From positions 1-42,308 of the IMG/VR virus record IMGVR_UViG_3300031673_000147: 42,308 nucleotides of DNA; one strand, 5' to 3'. This document shows positions 38,470 to 42,308 of the stretch, piece by piece; position 1 is the stretch's first letter; the number at the start of each line of letters is the position of its first letter. Origin of the DNA: a virus. A program made the translations under genes and the position numbers. The notes beneath the pieces are model-generated. The model searched no databases, had not been told where the DNA came from, and saw only the letters and a list, made by a program, of their open reading frames with translations.

Positions 38470-39297
38470 ATGGATGAACCAATTTTAAGCACTGCCACAC
38501 CACCGGCAGACCCTATCCCCGCAGCACCGCCGAGTGATCCTGTAATACCAACAGACCCACCGGTACAAACCCCGCCGAATGACCCGGCGCCAAGCGATCC
38601 GGCACCGCCGCAGACCATTAAAATTAAGTATAACCATGAGGACAAGGAGATTCCCTATGATGAGGCTGTTCAGCATATTCAAAAGGGGCTTAATTACGAC
38701 AAGGTTTATGAGCGGTATAACGAGTTAGCCAATCACCCTGGCCTCACCTACCTTAACGAGATTGCTCAGGCTAATGGCGTAACTGTGGATCAACTGGTTG
38801 GCCACTGGAAACAGCAGAATGAACAGGCAAAGCTGGATGAACTGATCCAAAACAATATTCCCGAAGATGTTGCCCGGGAAATCATCGAGGGAAGAAAATT
38901 CCGACAGCAGTATACCCAGGAAAAAATGACCGCTGAGCAGCAACGGAAACAACAGGGTATGTATGTTGAATTTATGGAAAAGTTTCCAGAGGTTAAGCCG
39001 GAAGATGTCCCGGCAGAGGTTTGGCAAGAGGTAAATAGTGGTAAAGCATTGGTTGATGCGTACACCAGGCATGAAAACCAGGCGCTAAAAGATCGTCTTG
39101 CCAAGATGGAAGAAACCCTGCAAACCCGTCAGAAAAACGACCAAAACGCACAATCAACCCCTGGTAGCGTTACCGGGAAAGGAAATGTACCAACGGGTTA
39201 TTATTCCAAGGAACAAGTTGAGAAGATGGATCCCAAAGATGCCGCGAAACCAGAGGTTTACAAGGCCATTATGGATTCCATGAAGCACTGGAAATAA
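38470..39297 (+). CDS. Scaffolding protein (Pro-rich N-terminus, coiled-coil body)
   Basis: Lies directly upstream of the capsid gene. E/K/Q-rich helical sequence. Confidence 0.8.
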   Translation: MDEPILSTATPPADPIPAAPPSDPVIPTDPPVQTPPNDPAPSDPAPPQTIKIKYNHEDKEIPYDEAVQHIQKGLNYDKVYERYNELANHPGLTYLNEIAQANGVTVDQLVGHWKQQNEQAKLDELIQNNIPEDVAREIIEGRKFRQQYTQEKMTAEQQRKQQGMYVEFMEKFPEVKPEDVPAEVWQEVNSGKALVDAYTRHENQALKDRLAKMEETLQTRQKNDQNAQSTPGSVTGKGNVPTGYYSKEQVEKMDPKDAAKPEVYKAIMDSMKHWK

Positions 39298-39314
39298 CGA
39301 AAGGAGAATAAGCG

Positions 39315-40154
39315 ATGTCCGTAAATAACTTTATCCCGACCATTTGGACGGCGACAATGCTCAAAGAGCGTGCTCGCAAGTTCGTTGCTATTAACAACTG
39401 CAACCGCGACTATGAAGGAGAAATTAAGCAAAAGGGTGATAAGGTCAAGATCAACAGTATCGGCGATATCACCATCAGCGATTACACCAAGAACAACTTC
39501 GCCACCGGGTTAGCCCTGCAAACCCTGGACGATGCCTCCACCATGCTGGAGATCACCCAGGCCAAGTATTACCACTTTGCCGTTGACGATGTGGACAAGG
39601 CACAGGCAAACCAAAAGGTTATGAACGAGGGTATGAGGAAAGCCGGCCTCGGGCTTAACAACCTTGCTGATCAGTTTATTTTCGGAAAGTACACCGAGGC
39701 CGGGAACACTGTAACCGCTACCGTTACATCGGCCAACATCATCAGTAGCCTGGCGGCTGCGATTCAAAAACTGTACGAAAACGATGTACCTGAGGGTGAA
39801 GAAATCGCCTTTGAGGTATCTCCGCAGGTTTACACCAAGCTCGTCCTGGCGAAAATCGTGAAGGATTACGGTAACACACAAATCCTTGAAAACGGCAAGG
39901 TTGGGCAGTATCTGAACTGCACGATTTATCTGTCCAATAACGTTGTCCAGTCTGGTACGCTGAGCAATTGCCTACTGAGGACCAAGGCGGCTATTTCCTA
40001 TGCTGAACAACTTATTGATACAGAGGCGTATAGGCTTACCAGCGAAGGCTTTGGTGATGCCGTTAAGGGCCTGCAACTGTATGGCGCCAAAGTGGTTAAA
40101 CCCAAAGAGATTGTTAACTTGGCACTTACGACTTCAGCTGAATCCACAATTTAA
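39315..40154 (+). CDS. Major capsid protein (P22-coat-like short family)
   Basis: N-terminus FIPTIWTATMLKERARKFVAINNCNRDYEGEIKQKGDKVKINSIG matches the conserved start of this coat family. Strong RBS; follows the scaffold gene. Confidence 0.88.
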   Translation: MSVNNFIPTIWTATMLKERARKFVAINNCNRDYEGEIKQKGDKVKINSIGDITISDYTKNNFATGLALQTLDDASTMLEITQAKYYHFAVDDVDKAQANQKVMNEGMRKAGLGLNNLADQFIFGKYTEAGNTVTATVTSANIISSLAAAIQKLYENDVPEGEEIAFEVSPQVYTKLVLAKIVKDYGNTQILENGKVGQYLNCTIYLSNNVVQSGTLSNCLLRTKAAISYAEQLIDTEAYRLTSEGFGDAVKGLQLYGAKVVKPKEIVNLALTTSAESTI

Positions 40155-40173
40155 GGGAAGGAGATAAATAACC

Positions 40174-40545
40174 ATGACGCAAGCTATCACCGTATCCACT
40201 GCCACCCGAGACGGCTCGGTTGACGTTACCCTGTACGCTGCACAGGCGGCCAACACGGTTGACTTTTCTACCAAGCAAAATGAAAAGATCGTGATCATCG
40301 TTCAGAATACCAATGATGCCGTTGCAGTAGAAACGGCCACCATTACCATTTCCCCGGGTGGTTTCTGGCGCAAGGATCTTGGTACCCTGTCCGTTGACGT
40401 TGCGGACGCTAGTGTTTACAAGCAAATCGGCCCCCTGGATTCCGCGCGGTTCAAAGGTACCAACGGTCTGGTCACTATTAATGTGGCCGTAACCCAATCC
40501 GGTACTGTTTCGAGCGTGAAGCTCGGCGTGATTAATCTTCCGTAG
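40174..40545 (+). CDS. Beta-rich virion protein (possible decoration protein)
   Basis: 123 aa with an AAGGAG RBS. A terminator hairpin follows. Confidence 0.7.
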   Translation: MTQAITVSTATRDGSVDVTLYAAQAANTVDFSTKQNEKIVIIVQNTNDAVAVETATITISPGGFWRKDLGTLSVDVADASVYKQIGPLDSARFKGTNGLVTINVAVTQSGTVSSVKLGVINLP

Positions 40546-40550
40546 AAAAA

Positions 40551-40580
40551 GGGGGCCTTCGGGTCCCCTAAATTCTTTAA
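40551..40580 (+). terminator. Hairpin with UUCG tetraloop after the capsid/decoration genes
   Basis: GGGGGCC-ttcg-GGTCCCC, followed by a weak T-tract. Confidence 0.45.
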
Positions 40581-40593
40581 AAGAGGTGAGGAC

Positions 40594-40896
40594 TTGAAAT
40601 ACAGATTTTTTGGAGAACCGGGTTTGCATATAATGGATTCTGAAACAGGCCACCCGTTATATAAGTTTAATGACAACGGGGAGATTATTTTAAGCGACGA
40701 CAACCCTTTCCTTAAGCGGATGATGAACCATTACCAACATGAGCCAGTGGAACCAGTTGCTGTTAACGCGCAGCCGGAACAGGATGTCACTGCCGAGCCA
40801 TTTAAGTTTAACTGCCGGAAGTGTAGTTTTGAAACCAATAACCACGGGGCATTTCTGGCACACTGCAAGAAAGAACATCCGAAAGAGGTGAAGTAG
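40594..40896 (+). CDS. Small protein with a classical C2H2 zinc finger
   Basis: FNCRKCSFETNNHGAFLAHCKKEH fits C-x2-C-x12-H-x4-H. TTG start after GAGGTGAGG. Confidence 0.65.
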   Translation: MKYRFFGEPGLHIMDSETGHPLYKFNDNGEIILSDDNPFLKRMMNHYQHEPVEPVAVNAQPEQDVTAEPFKFNCRKCSFETNNHGAFLAHCKKEHPKEVK

Positions 40897-41367
40897 GTGG
40901 CAACCTATAGACTTGAGCAGCTCTTAATACAAGCAATAGCAACGGGGGCAATTAATACCCAACTTATAGGTAGATTACTTCGCAAAACCCAGGTAGGCGC
41001 TGACCAGGATATTATTTTTGCTAATAATGATGCGGCAAACACGCAGGTAGTCTTGACCATAACTCAACCGACCTCCCCGGTGGATGAATATGATATAAGT
41101 GTTTACAATCCGTCTACGGTTACGGATTTGACTTGCAAGGTTTTTACCGTTGAAGCGACCCTGGGTGGCGCCACTCGGGATGCGTATTTGACTGCGTTCA
41201 GTGTATCCAGGTCCCAAGTTGTTACCGGAACTACCATCAATACTTATATCCGGCAAATCCATGGCATCTTTAACGGTGGCAACCTTAAACTTGTGGTTAG
41301 TAACGATACCGTCCTTGGTGCTGCTGAAGGGTTTACCGCTACGGCAAGGATTAGGGAGTTGGTCTAA
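40897..41367 (+). CDS. Virion structural protein (unknown role)
   Basis: 156-aa ORF; GTG after GAGGTGAAG. Confidence 0.7.
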   Translation: MATYRLEQLLIQAIATGAINTQLIGRLLRKTQVGADQDIIFANNDAANTQVVLTITQPTSPVDEYDISVYNPSTVTDLTCKVFTVEATLGGATRDAYLTAFSVSRSQVVTGTTINTYIRQIHGIFNGGNLKLVVSNDTVLGAAEGFTATARIRELV

Positions 41368-41940
41368 ATGCAACTGATTAACAAAAGGCCAATCATTTTG
41401 CCTTCCTGGAAATCTGGGAAATGGTACGATGACTTTACAGTTACGGGGGCGAAAGATCCTGGATATATTCTAAGTGGCCTTAAAACAGTGACGACAAACG
41501 GGATTATCATTTACCCTCCAGGGGTGGGTGGATGTGATGTTGAAGTTTCTCCAAAATATTGTTCAAGCAATTTCATAATTGAGACCATGTGTAGAATTAT
41601 TACCGGATCTCTTATAACACCAGCGAACTTCAGGAAAACTGATTGGGATAATAGATGGAGAGTAGAGATTACTTCTGGAAATGTATTGCGGTTACAAAAA
41701 ACAGTATTAGGAGCAACCACGTTAAAAGGGACTGTTAACATTACTTCTGCATTATCTTGGAATCTGGTAAGGATTGAAGCATTAGGTGCAAATATTGACG
41801 TTTATCATAATGGGGTATTAAAAATTAGCGTTAATGATCCAGACCTTTTAAATAACAAAAGAATCCATTTTAGTATGTATGATGTTGCAATATCTCAGCC
41901 AAAAGGAGAATATCAATACTTTGCTATTAAACCCATTTAG
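41368..41940 (+). CDS. ConA-like lectin/glucanase-fold (LamG/DUF1080-like) protein
   Basis: C-terminal pattern WNLVRIEALGANIDVYHNGVLKISVND...IHFSMYD...YFAIKPI is typical of this jelly-roll family. Confidence 0.6.
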   Translation: MQLINKRPIILPSWKSGKWYDDFTVTGAKDPGYILSGLKTVTTNGIIIYPPGVGGCDVEVSPKYCSSNFIIETMCRIITGSLITPANFRKTDWDNRWRVEITSGNVLRLQKTVLGATTLKGTVNITSALSWNLVRIEALGANIDVYHNGVLKISVNDPDLLNNKRIHFSMYDVAISQPKGEYQYFAIKPI

Positions 41941-41949
41941 GAGGTTAGT

Positions 41950-42078
41950 ATGATTATTACATCTCCCAGAATAGGCACAGGAACAGATTTAGACCCGTTC
42001 AGACCGGATACTACTGCCACGCATTGGCAAGTTGTAGAGGAACGGGAAACGGAGTTTGTTATTGAGATATTAAGCTAA
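41950..42078 (+). CDS. Small hypothetical protein (42 aa)
   Basis: ATG 5 nt after AGGAGG. Not in the track. Confidence 0.5.
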   Translation: MIITSPRIGTGTDLDPFRPDTTATHWQVVEERETEFVIEILS

Positions 42079-42115
42079 TTTTACTATTTAAAACTTTTTG
42101 AAAGTGGGGTATCTT

Positions 42116-42286
42116 ATGACCCAAGAGGTTAAATGCACCGAATGCGGGTATGTCCTGGCAACTATTAACGCCAGGGATAATAAGATTAAATTTACTATGC
42201 CGAATGACCCTCAGGAATATCTACTATCAAACACAGCGCATTTGTTAATATGCCCCGGCTGTGGAATGGAAAATAAGATTTATTAA
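42116..42286 (+). CDS. Zinc-ribbon protein (CTEC...CPGC)
   Basis: The ORF is open from 42098; the ATG at 42116 follows GTGGGG. Its 3' end lies in the 55-nt terminal repeat. Confidence 0.65.
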   Translation: MTQEVKCTECGYVLATINARDNKIKFTMPNDPQEYLLSNTAHLLICPGCGMENKIY

Positions 42287-42308
42287 TCACTCCCCAGGAT
42301 AAAGAGAG
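42254..42308. repeat. Terminal direct repeat, copy 2
   Basis: Identical to nt 1-55. Confidence 0.95.

Larger units (their letters stand above)
1..42308. mobile_element. Complete circularly assembled tailed-phage genome (42,253 bp unique), podovirus-like gene content
   Basis: Every phage module is present once: terS/terL/portal/scaffold/capsid, tail, three ejection-type proteins, lysis, CI/Cro switch, recombination, replication. Nt 1-55 are identical to 42254-42308. No tail-tube, sheath, tape-measure or integrase ORF in the six-frame track. Confidence 0.85.

Noticed and set aside
1-42308. Integrase, transposase, protelomerase, ParA/ParB, reverse transcriptase (DGR/retron) or cas genes.
   Set aside because: No ORF in the six-frame track shows the corresponding catalytic motifs (R-H-R-Y, S-R, DDE, YxDD, Walker ParA). 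Every ORF over 250 aa is already assigned to another function.

Overview
The window is a complete, circularly assembled tailed dsDNA phage genome. Nt 1-55 are identical to nt 42254-42308, leaving 42,253 bp of unique sequence. Gene content is podovirus-like: there is no tail tube, sheath or tape-measure ORF, but there are three consecutive ejection-type proteins, one of them 1575 aa. The host is probably a spore-forming Firmicute of the Clostridia/Peptococcaceae type. That is inferred from an XhlA-like plus Amidase_3 lysis cassette, a Spo0E-like gene, two secreted morons with copper-amine-oxidase-N 'stalk' domains, and GGAGG-type ribosome binding sites. Order on the + strand unless noted: adaptor-like and 1120-aa tail protein (68-4078); a secreted moron (-); ejection proteins (4597-10969); a membrane moron (-); lysis cassette (11542-13574); a promoter-equipped 3-gene cassette (13650-14548); a minus-strand wHTH initiator-like gene with internal iterons (14545-15485); a candidate sRNA; a secreted moron (-); a CI-like (-) / Cro-like (+) switch; a long early operon (17077-28454) with YopX, Gp157, an annealing protein, Spo0E-like, an SPPY DNA methyltransferase, replisome organizer, G39P-like loader, RusA and many zinc-ribbon proteins. 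The packaging and head module follows (31786-42286). Five things stand out. (1) A promoter-driven solitary type I-C CRISPR repeat with mini-array geometry sits at 28451-28602 in a genome with no cas genes, followed by about 370 nt of hairpin-dense non-coding DNA. (2) Three glycosyltransferase genes, one fused to a SAM methyltransferase, are translationally coupled to the portal gene inside the head module. (3) There is a lysogeny-type switch but no integrase; instead there are three initiator-plus-iteron modules, suggesting an extrachromosomal prophage. (4) A self-contained minus-strand PP-loop (PAPS-reductase-like) operon. (5) An inverted duplicated coding segment links a secreted moron to a virion protein. 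All functional calls come from reading motifs by eye; no database search was run.
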